This document shows, in pieces, positions 19,279 through 31,130 of a DNA stretch of 64,000 nt. This DNA is from Polaribacter sp. (lineage in GTDB: Bacteria; Bacteroidota; Bacteroidia; Flavobacteriales; Flavobacteriaceae), in assembly GCF_039939415.1 (NCBI RefSeq), contig NZ_JBDVJE010000071.1, forward strand, positions 6,182-70,181, written 5' to 3'. Under the pieces are notes generated by a model. It was not told where the DNA came from. It ran no database searches and saw nothing but the letters and a program-made list of their open reading frames with translations. Each line of letters begins with the position of its first letter. Within the stretch, counting starts at the first letter, position 1. A program made the translations under genes and the position numbers.

Positions 19279-22200
19279 ATGTCAAAAAACATCTTAATTA
19301 AAAAAATAAGTACATGCTTATTTTTATTAGCGTCGCTGTTTACTTTTGCACAACAAAAAGTAAGTGGTACAGTAACGGATGCCTCCAATAAATATGGGCT
19401 TCCTGAAGTAAGTATTCAAGTAAAAGGTACAACGATAGGTACCACTACAGATTTCGATGGAAATTACTCTATTGAAGCACCAAGTTCTGAATCAATATTA
19501 GTGTTCAGATATTTAGGGTATGCTATTCAAGAAATTAAAGTAGGTAACAACAAAACAATTAATGTAGCTTTAGTAGAAGATGCTAGTGCATTAGATGAAA
19601 TTGTAGTTGTTGGTTATGGAGCTCGTAAAAAAAGTGATGTAACTGGTTCTGTTTCTTCTGTAAAGGCTGAAGAATTAAATGCTTTTCCTGTTTTAAATGC
19701 AGCTCAAGCAATTCAAGGTAGAGCAGCAGGTGTTGCTATACAATCTAATAATGGTGGTGAACCAGGAGCACCTATTAATATTCAAATTAGAGGAAATACT
19801 TCTATTAATGCAAGTAGTGCTCCTCTTATCGTTGTTGATGGTTTTGTTGGAGCTACAATGCCTCAAGCAGGTGATATTAAGTCTATTGAGATTTTAAAAG
19901 ATGCCTCAGCAACAGCTATTTATGGTTCTCAAGGAGCAAATGGTGTAGTTATGGTAACTACTAAAGTAGGTAGATCAGGTCAAATGAATTTTGAAATCAA
20001 TTCTACACATTCTGTTCAAACAACTTCTAACAGATTAGATCTTTTAAATGCTAGTGATTTTATAGACTATAGAAATCAAGTATTAGCAAATCAAGGTAGT
20101 ACTGTAGCTTATACAGACGGTGGATATGATACCGATTGGCAAGATGAAATTTATAGAGCTGGTAGCACTACAAATCATCAATTTTCTTTTTCAGGAGGAA
20201 CTGATAAAGCAAATTACTATGCATCAGCTACTTATTTTAAACAAGAAGGAGTATTGATTAATTCTGCTTACGAAAGAATGTCTTTTCTTACTAATATAAA
20301 TGCTCAATTGACAGATAAATTTAAGGTAGGACTTAATTTAACAGGGAATTTAAGTGAGAAAAATGGAGTTGCAACACAATCAGATGGTTCAGGTTCTGTG
20401 GGTAATGATGATGTTATCACTTTAGCAATGCGTTTTGCTCCTGATTTAAGTATCTATGATGATGCAGGTGGCTTTGAAGCTGTTCGTTCATATGGTGCAG
20501 GTGATATTGATAACCCTTGGGCTGTAGCTACTCAAAGAGAAGATGATACTGAGATAAATGAATTTAGAGTGAATCTTTATGGGGATTATGAAATAATAGA
20601 GGGTTTAAATTTTAAAACAACTTTAGGTTTAAGTCAAAAGAATACTTTTAGAGGAAGGTATATTCCTAGAACATTAACGGTTTCAGATGCAGGATCATAT
20701 GGTAGAGGTATTATGGAAGAAGATGATAAAAGTTCTTTGTTAACTGAAAGTTTTTTAACATACAAAAAAGAAGTAGGTAAAGGAGTTCTATCTTTATTGG
20801 CAGGTGTTTCATACCAGAAAAAAACAGATAAAGGATTTTATACTGAAGGAACAGGAACTATTTCAGATTCTTTTTCTTATTATGGTTTATGGACCGCGAC
20901 TGACGTAATAAATAGTAGCAATGGTGAAACATATTTAAAAGAAAAAGAGATTCAGTCTCAATTTGGTAGAGTAAATTATGATTACGATGATAAGTATTTA
21001 ATTACTGCTACAGTAAGGCGTGATGGTGCTTCAAATTTTGCTGCTAATGAAAAATATGCTATTTTTCCATCTGCAGCATTAGGTTGGAAAGTTTCAAATG
21101 AAAAGTTTTTAGTAAATAATGAAACTATTTCTAATTTAAAGTTAAGAGTAAGTTATGGTGTTACTGGTAATCCTGGTATTGATGCATATGAATCTTTAGC
21201 AAGTTTAGAAAGTCTTTATGCTTCTAATGGTGGAAATACTGTTTTTGCTTTTACACCTTATCAGCCTGCTAATCCAGATTTGAAATGGGAGTCATCTTAT
21301 CAAGCAAATTTTGGTTTTGACTTAGGTTTATTAGATAACAAAATAATACTTTCAGCTGATTATTATAATATTGACACAAAAGATATTATAATGGCAGATC
21401 AATCTATTCCGCAGATTGCAGGTTTTTTAAACTCTGAAATTTTAGCAAATGTAGGAGAGGTTAATAATAAAGGGGTAGATATTTCATTAAATACACGTAA
21501 TATTACTAATGATGATTTTAGTTGGACAACAGATGTTGTATTTTCTAAAAATAAAAATACAGTAGTAAGTTTAATTAATGGGATAGATTTTTTTAGTTCA
21601 GGTCAACCATCTTATTTAGGGTCTGAAAATACTTCTATATTAAGAGAAGGTGAGGAAGTAGGTTTGTTTTGGGGTTATGATTATGCAGGAGTTTATGATG
21701 GAGGAACCTTACCAACAGGAACTGTTACTAATGCTGGTGCTGTAGCTGGAGACCCGTTGTTTTATGATGTTGCTGATAAAGATGGAAATACAAATGGAGC
21801 ACTTGGTTCTGAAGATAGAAAAATTATAGGTAATCCTAATCCAGATTTTACCTGGGGTATTACAAATAATTTTAAATATAAAAATTGGGATATGAACATC
21901 TTTTTTCAAGGATCTCAAGGAGGAGAAATTTTCAACTTAAACAATTCAGTGTTAAATAATGGAGATTCTAATACTACTTATGAGTATTTTAATAATGCCT
22001 ATTCATCTTCAAATACTAATACAGACCAACCTCGTGTAGGAAATAATAGTGATAGAGAATTATCTTCTCGCTTTGTAGAAGATGGAAGTTACGTTAGATT
22101 AAAGAATATAAGCTGTAGGTTATAATTTATCTAATGATGTTATTGAAAACCTTGGAATAGATAAAGTAAGGTTATCTTTAAGCGCACAGAATTTATTAAC

Positions 22201-22348
22201 TTTTACAAAGTATTCAGGTTTAGATCCAGAGGTTAATTATACATCAGGAGATACAGGTAATACTGCTAGTAATACTATTAGAGGATTTGATTTTGGAAAT
22301 TACCCAACAGTTAAATCGGTTAGTTTTAGTGTTAATATTAAATTTTAA
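19279..22348 (+). pseudogene. susC: SusC/RagA TonB-dependent transporter with +1 frameshift near 22110
   Basis: LDEIVVVGYG, plug, VEDGSYVRLKN; frame stops at 22125, while the shifted frame from 22112 gives AVGYNL..YSGLDPE..NYPTVKSVSFSVNIKF* ending 22348. Confidence 0.9.
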
Positions 22349-22360
22349 AATAAAAAAATT

Positions 22361-23920
22361 ATGAAATTATATAAAATATTTGTTTTATTGATGATAGGGT
22401 TATCAATAACAGCATGTTCAGATTTAATAGAAGAGCCTGTTGGTGTATTGTCTCCAGAAGGTGTATTTAATACCACAGACGATATTCAAACAGCAGTAAA
22501 TGGAGCTTATACTCCAGCAATTAATGAGGAAATATGGGGTAGAAAATTATCTATAGCTTTAATGTTAAGATCAGATATGGTAAATTTACAATCTAGTCAA
22601 ACAAGAAGAGTAGAAATGGATCAACACACCATAACTGGTGATAATGAAATGGTTTATGATCCTTGGGATAGAATTTACTCTGGTATCGCAGCAGCTAATA
22701 CGGCTATTTATGCTGGGGAATTTGTTGATGTTGATGAAACTGAAAAAAACCCTGTTATTGCACAGGCATACTTTATAAGAGCTTTTTATTACTTTCACTT
22801 AGTTAGATTGTTTGGAGACGTTCCTTATATTGGTGAAGTTGTAACAATAGACAATTTAGAAGCTATTAAAACTATCAGTAGTACTCCAGAAGCAGAGGTT
22901 TATGAAAAAATTATTTCTGATTTAAAATATGCAGAAACTTGGTTACCTAATTCAGCTCCATCTGGTTTACCTTCTAAAGCAGCAGCAAAATCATATTTAG
23001 CTTTAGTTCATTTAACTATGGCCGGTACTAATGGTACTGCAAATTTTCAAAAAGCATATGATTATGCTAAAGAAGTAATTGATAATAAAGGAACTTATGG
23101 TTTAGGTTTAGATGATAATTTTCAAGATTTATTTAATGCAGAAAAAGTTGATGGATTAATGGGACCTATTTTTGTATTGGATTACAATGGTGTTGAAGCA
23201 GATGATAATGCTTATGATCAAATAGCTCCTATGACTGGTGTTAGAGGAGATCAGAGTGATTACAGCGATGATAGTGATGATGGTGATGGTGGTTGGTCTG
23301 TAGCTGTACCTACTTTAGCTGTTTATAATTCATTTGATGAAGGTGATTATAGAACACGTGTTAGTTTTCAAACAGTAGCATCAATTAAGGATTCTATTGT
23401 AGATTACACAAATTTCACTTATAGCGGTCATGAACATGCAGGTAATCAGCCATATATAGCTAAGTACACACGTTTTCCTGGTGAATATGCAAGAGGAGCC
23501 AAAAGAGCAACAAGTCATAATTATTCAATGATGCGTTATGCTGAAGTGTTATTAATTGCAGCAGAAGCAGGTGTAGAAATAGGAGCAGGAGATGCTTTAA
23601 GTTTATTGAATCAAGTAAGAGCTAGAGCAAGAAAAGGGGGAGATTCAACTGATGGAGGTTATGCTTCAGAAACTATTCCTGCAAGTACTATTCCTGCTGA
23701 TCTTACTACAATAACTGTAGAAGATGTTTTAGAAGAACGTAGAATTGAACTTGCTTTTGAATGTAAAAGATGGTATGATATTAAAAGAAGACAATTAGGA
23801 GATGTTGTATTTAGTGCTTCTGGGTACGAAGGTGAAAAACCTGATTGGAATTCTGCTGTAGATTATGATACACCAATACCTCAAGACGAGATTTTAGCCA
23901 ATCCTAATATTACAAACTAA
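22361..23920 (+). CDS. susD: SusD/RagB surface lipoprotein
   Basis: Lipobox TAC, AYFIRAFYYFHLVRLFGDVP, RYAEVLLIAAEA, ERRIELAFE.KRWYD. Confidence 0.95.
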   Translation: MKLYKIFVLLMIGLSITACSDLIEEPVGVLSPEGVFNTTDDIQTAVNGAYTPAINEEIWGRKLSIALMLRSDMVNLQSSQTRRVEMDQHTITGDNEMVYDPWDRIYSGIAAANTAIYAGEFVDVDETEKNPVIAQAYFIRAFYYFHLVRLFGDVPYIGEVVTIDNLEAIKTISSTPEAEVYEKIISDLKYAETWLPNSAPSGLPSKAAAKSYLALVHLTMAGTNGTANFQKAYDYAKEVIDNKGTYGLGLDDNFQDLFNAEKVDGLMGPIFVLDYNGVEADDNAYDQIAPMTGVRGDQSDYSDDSDDGDGGWSVAVPTLAVYNSFDEGDYRTRVSFQTVASIKDSIVDYTNFTYSGHEHAGNQPYIAKYTRFPGEYARGAKRATSHNYSMMRYAEVLLIAAEAGVEIGAGDALSLLNQVRARARKGGDSTDGGYASETIPASTIPADLTTITVEDVLEERRIELAFECKRWYDIKRRQLGDVVFSASGYEGEKPDWNSAVDYDTPIPQDEILANPNITN

Positions 23921-23949
23921 ACTTTTCTATAAGAATTAATAATTTATTC

Positions 23950-23982
23950 ACTGTCCTTGTATTAAATACAAGGACAGTTTTT
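23950..23982 (+). terminator. Terminator after susD
   Basis: ACTGTCCTTGTAT..ATACAAGGACAGT-TTTT. Confidence 0.9.
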
Positions 23983-24301
23983 GTTTTTAATGTTATGGAG
24001 ATCAGTACTAATTACATATAATTTGGTAGTAATGGAGTTGAAGTTAGAGACTTTTCTATTGAAGATTCTTTAATTACTATTATAGCTATAAACAATAATT
24101 ATAGTTTAGCTAACAATCCTGACCTAAACAAATTAATCTTTATAAATTTACAATTATAAAAAAATTGTGGCAGATTTAGTATTATCAATTTTTTTTAGCG
24201 CCAACAAAAAACTAATAATAAAATATTGCTTTTAAATTACCCTTAACAAAATTTGTGCTTTTTTACCAACAAGAAGAAAAATACAAATTTTACAATACAA
24301 A

Positions 24302-24325
24302 AAAATCCCTCGTTAGAGGGATTTT
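24302..24325 (-). terminator. Terminator of nitrate ABC/porin operon
   Basis: AAAATCCCTC-GTTA-GAGGGATTTT. Confidence 0.75.
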
Positions 24326-24387
24326 AAAGTAGCAATTAAAATTTGTTAACACAAAAACGAACGAAAATTGCTAAAATCTTATTTTTT

Positions 24388-25665
24388 TTATTTTTTTCTA
24401 CTTAAAAATTTAGGCTTAATTACTAACATTGCCCAAGCCCAATTTTGAGTTCCAGCTGCTGCAGCTTCTGTAATTCCTTTTAACTCATACATTCCATCAC
24501 TAGCAAACATTTGAGAATAACCTAACACTAAAGCATAACCTTTAAATGCTTTTTTGTAAACTAAATCTATTTCTGTACCTAAAGATTTTTCTCCGCTAGC
24601 TAATGCTTGCTCTCCTCTAAAGTTTAAAGCTTTTACCATTAAACTAGAAGATTTACTTAGTTTAAAATTAGCACTTAAATGAAGGTCTACTAAACCAATA
24701 GAGTTTGCGTGATTACCAACATAGAAATAATCCATAAATCCGTTAAATTTATGATTTGTACCATATAATGGGAAAAAAGCTCCTGTTTCTCCTGCTGCTC
24801 CATCATTACCACTTATCATCTCTAAACCTAATCCCAAACCAACTTTTGGAGAAGCTTTATATGTTGCGTCTAAACCAAGTAAATAAGCACCTTTTACATC
24901 AACTGCTCCCTGACGTTTACCTGTTTGTAAATATGCATTTGCAGCAAGACCAAAAGCTCCTTCTTTATATGTTAAATGCGTACCTAAAGTTTGTAAATTA
25001 CTTACCCCATCTGCAGCACTAGCTGCGTCAAATTCTTGGAATCCATTATTTAATAATAATAAACTACCTGTCATTTTATCCCATTTTTTCTTCATATATA
25101 ACATTTGCATTGTTTTATAAGAGAAAAGTCCTGTTGTATTATATGCTGTTCCAGAAGAAATAAATCCTGTTGGGTTTGAGTAATCTTGATTAAACGCTAA
25201 TGCTACATCTAACATAAAATTATCTTTTTTATATTTGATTAAAGCAGCATCATGATTACGACCTTGTTGTGCCCAATCTAATCCTCCTAAAATTCTTTGA
25301 TCATCATATACTAATGCCTGACGACCTAATTTAGTTGTTGTATTTTCTCCTAATTTTAATTCTGCCCAGGCTTGAAATACTGCAAAAGAATTATTGGCAT
25401 CATATGGTAAAATCTGTCTGTTTTCTCCCCAAACCATAACATCTTGTAAGCTAATAAATACTTTATAAGCATCTGTAGTATAACCCGCATTTAATCTTGC
25501 TCTTGTAGAAATTCCAAAACCAGCATCTGCTCCATCTGCAATTAAATTTCCAAATCCGCTTCTATATTCTGTTCTTGGTCTAAATTCTGCATCTAATGTA
25601 AATTGTGCTTTTGCAAATTGAAAGCTAACCAATAATAGTCCTAAAATTATATGTTGTTTTTTCAT
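24388..25665 (-). CDS. Outer-membrane beta-barrel, alginate export family (probable nitrate/nitrite porin)
   Basis: Signal peptide, FRPRTEYR, KLGRQ.L.YDDQRILG, YGTNHKFNGFMDYF; last gene of ABC operon. Confidence 0.8.
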   Translation of the reverse strand: MKKQHIILGLLLVSFQFAKAQFTLDAEFRPRTEYRSGFGNLIADGADAGFGISTRARLNAGYTTDAYKVFISLQDVMVWGENRQILPYDANNSFAVFQAWAELKLGENTTTKLGRQALVYDDQRILGGLDWAQQGRNHDAALIKYKKDNFMLDVALAFNQDYSNPTGFISSGTAYNTTGLFSYKTMQMLYMKKKWDKMTGSLLLLNNGFQEFDAASAADGVSNLQTLGTHLTYKEGAFGLAANAYLQTGKRQGAVDVKGAYLLGLDATYKASPKVGLGLGLEMISGNDGAAGETGAFFPLYGTNHKFNGFMDYFYVGNHANSIGLVDLHLSANFKLSKSSSLMVKALNFRGEQALASGEKSLGTEIDLVYKKAFKGYALVLGYSQMFASDGMYELKGITEAAAAGTQNWAWAMLVIKPKFLSRKK

Positions 25666-25718
25666 GTTCTTTGTTTTTAATTTAATTTAAATAGTGGTTT
25701 ATTTTTATTTTATTTTAT

Positions 25719-26549
25719 TTAATGTTCTAAAAAATCTATTAGGTGTTTTCTGTATGTATAATAATCTTCGTGTTCTAAAACTGATTTTCTTGTTCTAGGT
25801 CTTTCAAAATTGATGTCTAAAACGTCTCCTATTTTTGCTTTAGGACCACTAGTCATCATTACTACTCTGTCTGCTAAAAAAATTGCTTCATCAACATCAT
25901 GAGTAATCATAACTGCTGTAATTTTTTCTTTATTCCATATTTCTATTAAAATATCTTGTAATTCTCCTCTTGTTAAAGAATCTAACATACCAAAAGGTTC
26001 ATCTAATAATAATACTTTTGGCTTAATAGCAAATGCTCTAGCGATACCAACTCTCTGTTGCATTCCTTGAGATAAATCACTTGCCTTTTTATGAAATGCA
26101 TCTTCTAATCCTACTTTTTGTAGATAGTATTTAGCTACATCTTCTCTTTCTTTTTTTGTTGCGTGAGGAAATACTTGATTCACCCCTAATAAAACATTTT
26201 CTAAAGAAGTCATCCAAGGCATTAAACTTGGTGATTGAAAAATAACACCTCTATCTGGTCCTGGTCCTTTAATATGCTTTCCAAGAACTGCAATATTACC
26301 ACCAGAAATAGGGTTTAACCCTGCAATCATAGAAAGCATAGTTGTTTTTCCACATCCTGAATGACCAATAATTGTTACAAATTCTTCTTTACGGATTTGA
26401 AGGTTTAAATCTTCTAAAACCACATAATCTCCTTTTGGTGTTGGATATACTTTTTTAAGGTTTTTTAGATCTAACATTACATCTTTAGAAGGAAATTTTC
26501 CGTTTTCTAACCTGTTTTTTATAATTGTATTTTCTGTTATAGTGCTCAT
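25719..26549 (-). CDS. Nitrate ABC transporter ATPase (NrtD-like); probable start 26549
   Basis: [27 protein letters not shown]. Confidence 0.9.
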   Translation of the reverse strand: MSTITENTIIKNRLENGKFPSKDVMLDLKNLKKVYPTPKGDYVVLEDLNLQIRKEEFVTIIGHSGCGKTTMLSMIAGLNPISGGNIAVLGKHIKGPGPDRGVIFQSPSLMPWMTSLENVLLGVNQVFPHATKKEREDVAKYYLQKVGLEDAFHKKASDLSQGMQQRVGIARAFAIKPKVLLLDEPFGMLDSLTRGELQDILIEIWNKEKITAVMITHDVDEAIFLADRVVMMTSGPKAKIGDVLDINFERPRTRKSVLEHEDYYTYRKHLIDFLEH

Positions 26550-26556
26550 CTTTTTT

Positions 26557-27405
26557 CTATCTAAATTGATTAACAAAATCTTTTGGCGTTAATTCTGGAA
26601 GAATAAATTCTTCTTTTGCTTCTGATCTACGCTCATTACCTATATCCATTAAATACTCAATAATTTCATTTCTAGTTTTCTTAAAATTTTCATTATCGTT
26701 CATTTCTGTCTTGTCTCTAGGACGATCAATATCTATTTTAAATTCTGGACCTAAAGTTGCATTAGGCCCAGGTTTTAATGGAATAATCCTATCAGCCATA
26801 TAGATTCCTTCATCAACATCATTAGTAATTAACAAAGCCGTTCTTTTATCTTTCCCCCAAATATTTAAGATTTCGTCTTGTAAATTTCCACGAGTTAAAG
26901 CATCTAAAGCGCCTAAAGGTTCGTCCATAATTATCATTTCTGGTTTCATTGCTAAAGCTCTTGCAACTGCAACTCTCTGACGCATACCACCAGATAATTC
27001 ATTCGGTCTTTTATTAATAGCTGGAGTTAAACTTACCATTTCTACATAATTGGCAACAATTTCATTTAATTCTAATTTACTTTTCTTTGGAAAAGCTTCT
27101 TTAACGGCCATAAAGACATTTTGACCAACCGTTAACCATGGTAGTAAAGAATAGTTTTGAAAAATTACTCCACGTTCATGACTTGTACCAATTACTGGCT
27201 TTCCTTTAAATAAAACCTCTCCACTTGTTGGTTGTAATAATCCATTAATTAGATTTACTAAAGTTGTTTTTCCACTCCCAGTAAAACCTACAATAGCAAC
27301 AAACTCTCCTTCTTCTATTTTTAAGTTAATATTTGATAAAACTTCTGTTTCATCTCCTTCTTTTCCGTAGGTTTTACAAATATTATTTAATTCTAAATAT
27401 GCCAT
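26557..27405 (-). CDS. Nitrate ABC transporter ATPase (NrtC-like)
   Basis: [27 protein letters not shown]. Confidence 0.9.
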   Translation of the reverse strand: MAYLELNNICKTYGKEGDETEVLSNINLKIEEGEFVAIVGFTGSGKTTLVNLINGLLQPTSGEVLFKGKPVIGTSHERGVIFQNYSLLPWLTVGQNVFMAVKEAFPKKSKLELNEIVANYVEMVSLTPAINKRPNELSGGMRQRVAVARALAMKPEMIIMDEPLGALDALTRGNLQDEILNIWGKDKRTALLITNDVDEGIYMADRIIPLKPGPNATLGPEFKIDIDRPRDKTEMNDNENFKKTRNEIIEYLMDIGNERRSEAKEEFILPELTPKDFVNQFR

Positions 27406-27410
27406 TTTAT

Positions 27411-27489
27411 TATGTTTAATTGTTGAAGCGTTTAATTGGGTAATTGTTCTGTGCGATTACACAATTAAACAATTACACATTTACACATG
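27411..27489. repeat. Opposed 8-mer microrepeat arrays in permease-ATPase spacer
   Basis: ATTACACA-ATTAAACA-ATTACACA-TTTACACA (27456-27487) facing TGTTTAATTG/GTTTAATTG/GGTAATTG (27413-27446). Confidence 0.7.
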
Positions 27490-28596
27490 TTAAATTGCAT
27501 CAGTTTTATCGAATGAAACCCAATTTTGAATTGTTAACATTAATCTATCTAATAAGAAACCAATAATACCAATCACAAACATGGCAACAATTATTTTGGC
27601 ATTAGAATCATTTGCACCATTTTGGAATTCTTCCCAAACAAACAACCCTAATCCAGGGCTCTGTGCCAAAAGTTCAATTGCAATTAAAACCATCCAAGCA
27701 ACTGATAATGTGATTTTTAAACCTGTAAAAATTAATGGTAAAGATGATGGTAAAACAACTTTAAATATTTTTTGAAAAGTTCCTAATTTTAAAACTTTTG
27801 CAACATTTATATAATCTTGATCTACAGATGAAACCCCCATTGCTGTGTTTACTAAAGTTGCCCACATAGAACATAAACCAACACTTATAAAAGAAATAGT
27901 AAACGAACTATCATTAGCAGAACCAATTAGTAAAGTTTTTACAATCATAAAAACTAACAAGTACCAAACTACAGGAGATACAGGTTTAAAAATTTGAATA
28001 AACCAATTAAAAGCACTTTTTAACGTAGCACTTAGCCCTATAAAGATTCCTAAAGGAACTGCAATTAACAATGCCAACAAAAATCCTGCAAAAACAGTTT
28101 GTAAACTTCTAAAAATTTGATCTACAAAAGATGGTCTACCCGTATATACAATTGCCTCTTTACCTTCTGCAACTCTTTTTTCATTTAACGCTGCCGTTTT
28201 TTCTATAAAAGCTGCTTTATCTTCACTAATAATTTTGTGATCTCTTATTAGTGATTGAAAAGAATCCCAAACTTGAGCTGGAGATGGCAATGTATTTGGC
28301 TGACAACTAGACTCTCCTGAAGCAATACACACTTCTAAAGCGTCTGCAGCAGCTTGACCTTGATCTTTTAATGCTTTTTCAATCTTAAATTCTGCTTCAA
28401 TATTATATAAAGTTTTTGCACCTAAATGCCAAAAACCAATAAATAACAAAATTGAAGCAAGTGGCACTATTGCTTTTCTTAAAAAGTTTTTAAACTCTTC
28501 TTTCTCTAATTTCCCAGTAAAAAGATCTTTTAATGTTGTTAAAATTCCCAATCCTAAAAAATTAGAAACTTTTCCTAGTGTTAAACTTGCTTTCAT
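27490..28596 (-). CDS. Nitrate ABC transporter permease (NrtB-like)
   Basis: IQIFKPVSP, TLVNTAMGV, IFTGLKITLSVAW, GLGLFVWEEF. Confidence 0.9.
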   Translation of the reverse strand: MKASLTLGKVSNFLGLGILTTLKDLFTGKLEKEEFKNFLRKAIVPLASILLFIGFWHLGAKTLYNIEAEFKIEKALKDQGQAAADALEVCIASGESSCQPNTLPSPAQVWDSFQSLIRDHKIISEDKAAFIEKTAALNEKRVAEGKEAIVYTGRPSFVDQIFRSLQTVFAGFLLALLIAVPLGIFIGLSATLKSAFNWFIQIFKPVSPVVWYLLVFMIVKTLLIGSANDSSFTISFISVGLCSMWATLVNTAMGVSSVDQDYINVAKVLKLGTFQKIFKVVLPSSLPLIFTGLKITLSVAWMVLIAIELLAQSPGLGLFVWEEFQNGANDSNAKIIVAMFVIGIIGFLLDRLMLTIQNWVSFDKTDAI

Positions 28597-28637
28597 GTGT
28601 TTTTTATTTGTGTTACTAAATGGTCACATGCAACACC

Positions 28638-28674
28638 TAATTGATGATTTTCTTTACTTAGAAATCATCAATTA
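28638..28674. other. Intercistronic hairpin after substrate-binding gene
   Basis: TAATTGATGATTT...AAATCATCAATTA 13-bp inverted repeat without long U tract; possible mRNA stabiliser. Confidence 0.6.
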
Positions 28675-28703
28675 TCGATGTTTCATTATTACTTTTGGTA
28701 AAA

Positions 28704-30089
28704 TTATTTTTTGTCTTTATTTCCGATAGAGAAACTATTGATGTATCCAATTGGATCTTTAGCATCGTAAGTTGTACCATCTATAAAATCTGCAGTTGCT
28801 GGCTTGTAACCATCTGTGGCAGGAATGTCTGATGCAGGTATGTTTCCTTCTTCAACTAAAAGAGCTGCTGCTTTTTTCCAAATATCTGGTCTATAAATAT
28901 CTTTAATTGTATTTGCGTACCAAGCTGCTGGTTTTGCATCAGGAATTTGACCCCATCTTCTCATTTGAGTTAAAAACCAAATTCCATCAGAATAAAAAGG
29001 ATATGTTGCATTGTATTTATAGAACACATTGAAGTCTTCCATTTGTCTTTTATCACCTTTTTCAAACTCAAAAGTACCAGTCATAGAATTTGCTAAAACT
29101 TCTACAGGAGCACCAACATATTGAGACATAGATAAAATTTGTACCGCTTCTTTTCTGTTTTCTGGTTTGTCTAACCATTTACCAGCTCTAATTAATGCTT
29201 TTGTAACTGCTATTGCTGTATTTGGATTATCTTCAATAAATTTCTCTGTCATTACAAATACTTTTTCAGGATTATTTTTCCAGATGTCATAGTTTGTTAC
29301 AACAGGCACACCAATTCCTTTAAAAACTGCTTGTTGATTCCAAGGTTCACCTACACAATATCCATGAATAGTACCTGCTTCTAAAGTTGCTGGCATTTGT
29401 GGTGGTGGTGTTACAGATAATAAAACCTCAGCATCAATTTGTCCTTGTACGTTTTCTTTTGTATACATACCAGGGTTAATTCCTGCTGCAGCTAACCAAT
29501 ATCTAATTTCATAATTATGAGTTGACACTGGAAAAACCATTCCCATTTTAAAAGCTTTCCCAGAATTTTTATATTCTGTAATTACAGGCTTTAAAGCTTC
29601 TGCTTTTATTGGATGAACTGGTTTACCATCTTTATCTTTTGGTACATGTGGTTTCATTTTAGACCAAACATCGTTAGAAACTGTAATTCCATTTCCGTTT
29701 AAATCCATAGAAAAAGGAGTTACTAATTTTGCTTGACGCCCAAAACCTGCTCCTGCAGCAATTGGCTGACCTGCTAACATATGAGAACCATCTAATTGAC
29801 CATCAATAACACGGTCTAAAATATTTTTCCAATTAGATTGTGCTTCTACAGAAACAAATAACCCTTCATCTTCGAAAAAACCTTTTTCTTTAGCAATCGC
29901 CAAAGGAGCCATATCTGTTAATTTAATAAAGCCAAAAGTTAATTGAGGTTTTTCAATTTCTAATGTTTTTGTTGTTGTTGTTTTTGCTTCAACAGTTGTT
30001 GTTGTTTTTTTAGTTTCTTTACCTCCACATGCAAATAATAACATTGCTGCTGGTAAAATGTAAGTCGATTTTTTAAATAGAGATTTCAT
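28704..30089 (-). CDS. CmpA/NrtA family substrate-binding lipoprotein; probable start 30089
   Basis: Lipobox [34 protein letters not shown]. Confidence 0.92.
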   Translation of the reverse strand: MKSLFKKSTYILPAAMLLFACGGKETKKTTTTVEAKTTTTKTLEIEKPQLTFGFIKLTDMAPLAIAKEKGFFEDEGLFVSVEAQSNWKNILDRVIDGQLDGSHMLAGQPIAAGAGFGRQAKLVTPFSMDLNGNGITVSNDVWSKMKPHVPKDKDGKPVHPIKAEALKPVITEYKNSGKAFKMGMVFPVSTHNYEIRYWLAAAGINPGMYTKENVQGQIDAEVLLSVTPPPQMPATLEAGTIHGYCVGEPWNQQAVFKGIGVPVVTNYDIWKNNPEKVFVMTEKFIEDNPNTAIAVTKALIRAGKWLDKPENRKEAVQILSMSQYVGAPVEVLANSMTGTFEFEKGDKRQMEDFNVFYKYNATYPFYSDGIWFLTQMRRWGQIPDAKPAAWYANTIKDIYRPDIWKKAAALLVEEGNIPASDIPATDGYKPATADFIDGTTYDAKDPIGYINSFSIGNKDKK

Positions 30090-30109
30090 TTGAATGGGTT
30101 TTAACAATC

Positions 30110-30125
30110 TACGTATTAATACTTA
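30110..30125. promoter_or_regulatory. 7-2-7 operator upstream of nrtA
   Basis: TACGTAT-TA-ATACTTA; minus-strand TATATTTG promoter at 30134-30141. Confidence 0.7.
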
Positions 30126-30319
30126 TTTTTTGACAAATATATACCTAGATTTAATTTTAACTTATGATATTAACCATAAACAAACCTCTTTTTAAAACAT
30201 ATTAAAAACTACTAAAAAACATATTTTAAATATAAAAAACTAAAATACAGGTAGTTGAAAAATATAAAAAACAATTATATTTTCTACGTACTTATAGATT
30301 ATAAGTATTTTTCTACGTA

Positions 30320-30357
30320 AAAAAGACCTTTCAAATTCACTTTTGAAAGGTCTTTTT
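30320..30357 (-). terminator. Terminator of heme cassette
   Basis: AAAAAGACCTTTCAAA...TTTGAAAGGTCTTTTT. Confidence 0.85.
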
Positions 30358-30410
30358 ATAAAATTAAATTCTGATTTTCTCTTAAATCAAAAAATATAAA
30401 ATTACACTAA

Positions 30411-31118
30411 TTATGGATTTACAGTCTTTAACCATTCTTCTAGAGATAGTGCAGTATATTTTTTATCTGTTCCAAAAGGATCTTTTCCTCCTTTAAAATA
30501 TTCTTTTATATTTTTTAGAGAAATTGTGTCTGCTAATTTTTCTGGTACCTTATACTTATGATTTCCATGAAAATCGTGACATTGTATACAAGTAGACCAT
30601 TTTTCATTCAAAATTAAATCTTTATGAGAAATATCTAAAGGGTCATTCTCAATCTCTAGCGTTTGATGACAGTTCATACAGTAATTAACCTTATCAAGAG
30701 ATACTCTTTCTTTTTTATGTTCTGTATGACATGTAATACAGGTTGTAGCATTTATTTGTTCAATTGCTTCTTTAAACCTTGGCTCTGAAAACCTATATAC
30801 TGGATGTCTATCATTAGGTCTGTCATGGCATTGTAAACAATTATCTAGGGTAACATCTTTCGTTCCAAAATCTACATTTTTGTCTCTAGCTCCAATAGTA
30901 TAAGAAATATTAGACTGTATTTGTTGCACAAGATTTCCATTAGCATCTGCATGACAAGCAAAACATTTTAAATCTTTATGACCAGTATTCATTGGGCCAA
31001 TGGACAGATATTCTTCTGATGTATCTAGTGTTAAAACATAAATTAAAGGGATTGCTAATATTAAACCAATAATGCATCCAAAAAATTGCCTTTTACGAAG
31101 TGGACTTATTTTTAACAT
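30411..31118 (-). CDS. Membrane-anchored pentaheme cytochrome c
   Basis: N-terminal TM; five CxxCH (CFACH, CLQCH, CITCH, CMNCH, CIQCH); GPMNTGH. Confidence 0.88.
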   Translation of the reverse strand: MLKISPLRKRQFFGCIIGLILAIPLIYVLTLDTSEEYLSIGPMNTGHKDLKCFACHADANGNLVQQIQSNISYTIGARDKNVDFGTKDVTLDNCLQCHDRPNDRHPVYRFSEPRFKEAIEQINATTCITCHTEHKKERVSLDKVNYCMNCHQTLEIENDPLDISHKDLILNEKWSTCIQCHDFHGNHKYKVPEKLADTISLKNIKEYFKGGKDPFGTDKKYTALSLEEWLKTVNP

Positions 31119-31130
31119 ATAAATAATGAG

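Noticed and set aside
22100-22125. Programmed ribosomal frameshift in susC
   Set aside because: No recognisable slippery heptamer or homopolymer at the shift; mutation or sequencing error is simpler
23983-24300. Gene fragment (FGSNGVEVRDFSIEDS...) after susD
   Set aside because: No start codon context or recognisable family; kept only as a hint of decay
24388-25665. Porin as part of an alginate PUL with the neighbouring susCD
   Set aside because: It is on the opposite strand, separated by two terminators, and co-oriented at the end of the nitrate ABC operon
30162-30179. TTATGAT-ATTA-ACCATAA as an FNR/CRP box at the nrtA promoter
   Set aside because: Three mismatches to TTGAT-N4-ATCAA and not repeated at other promoters
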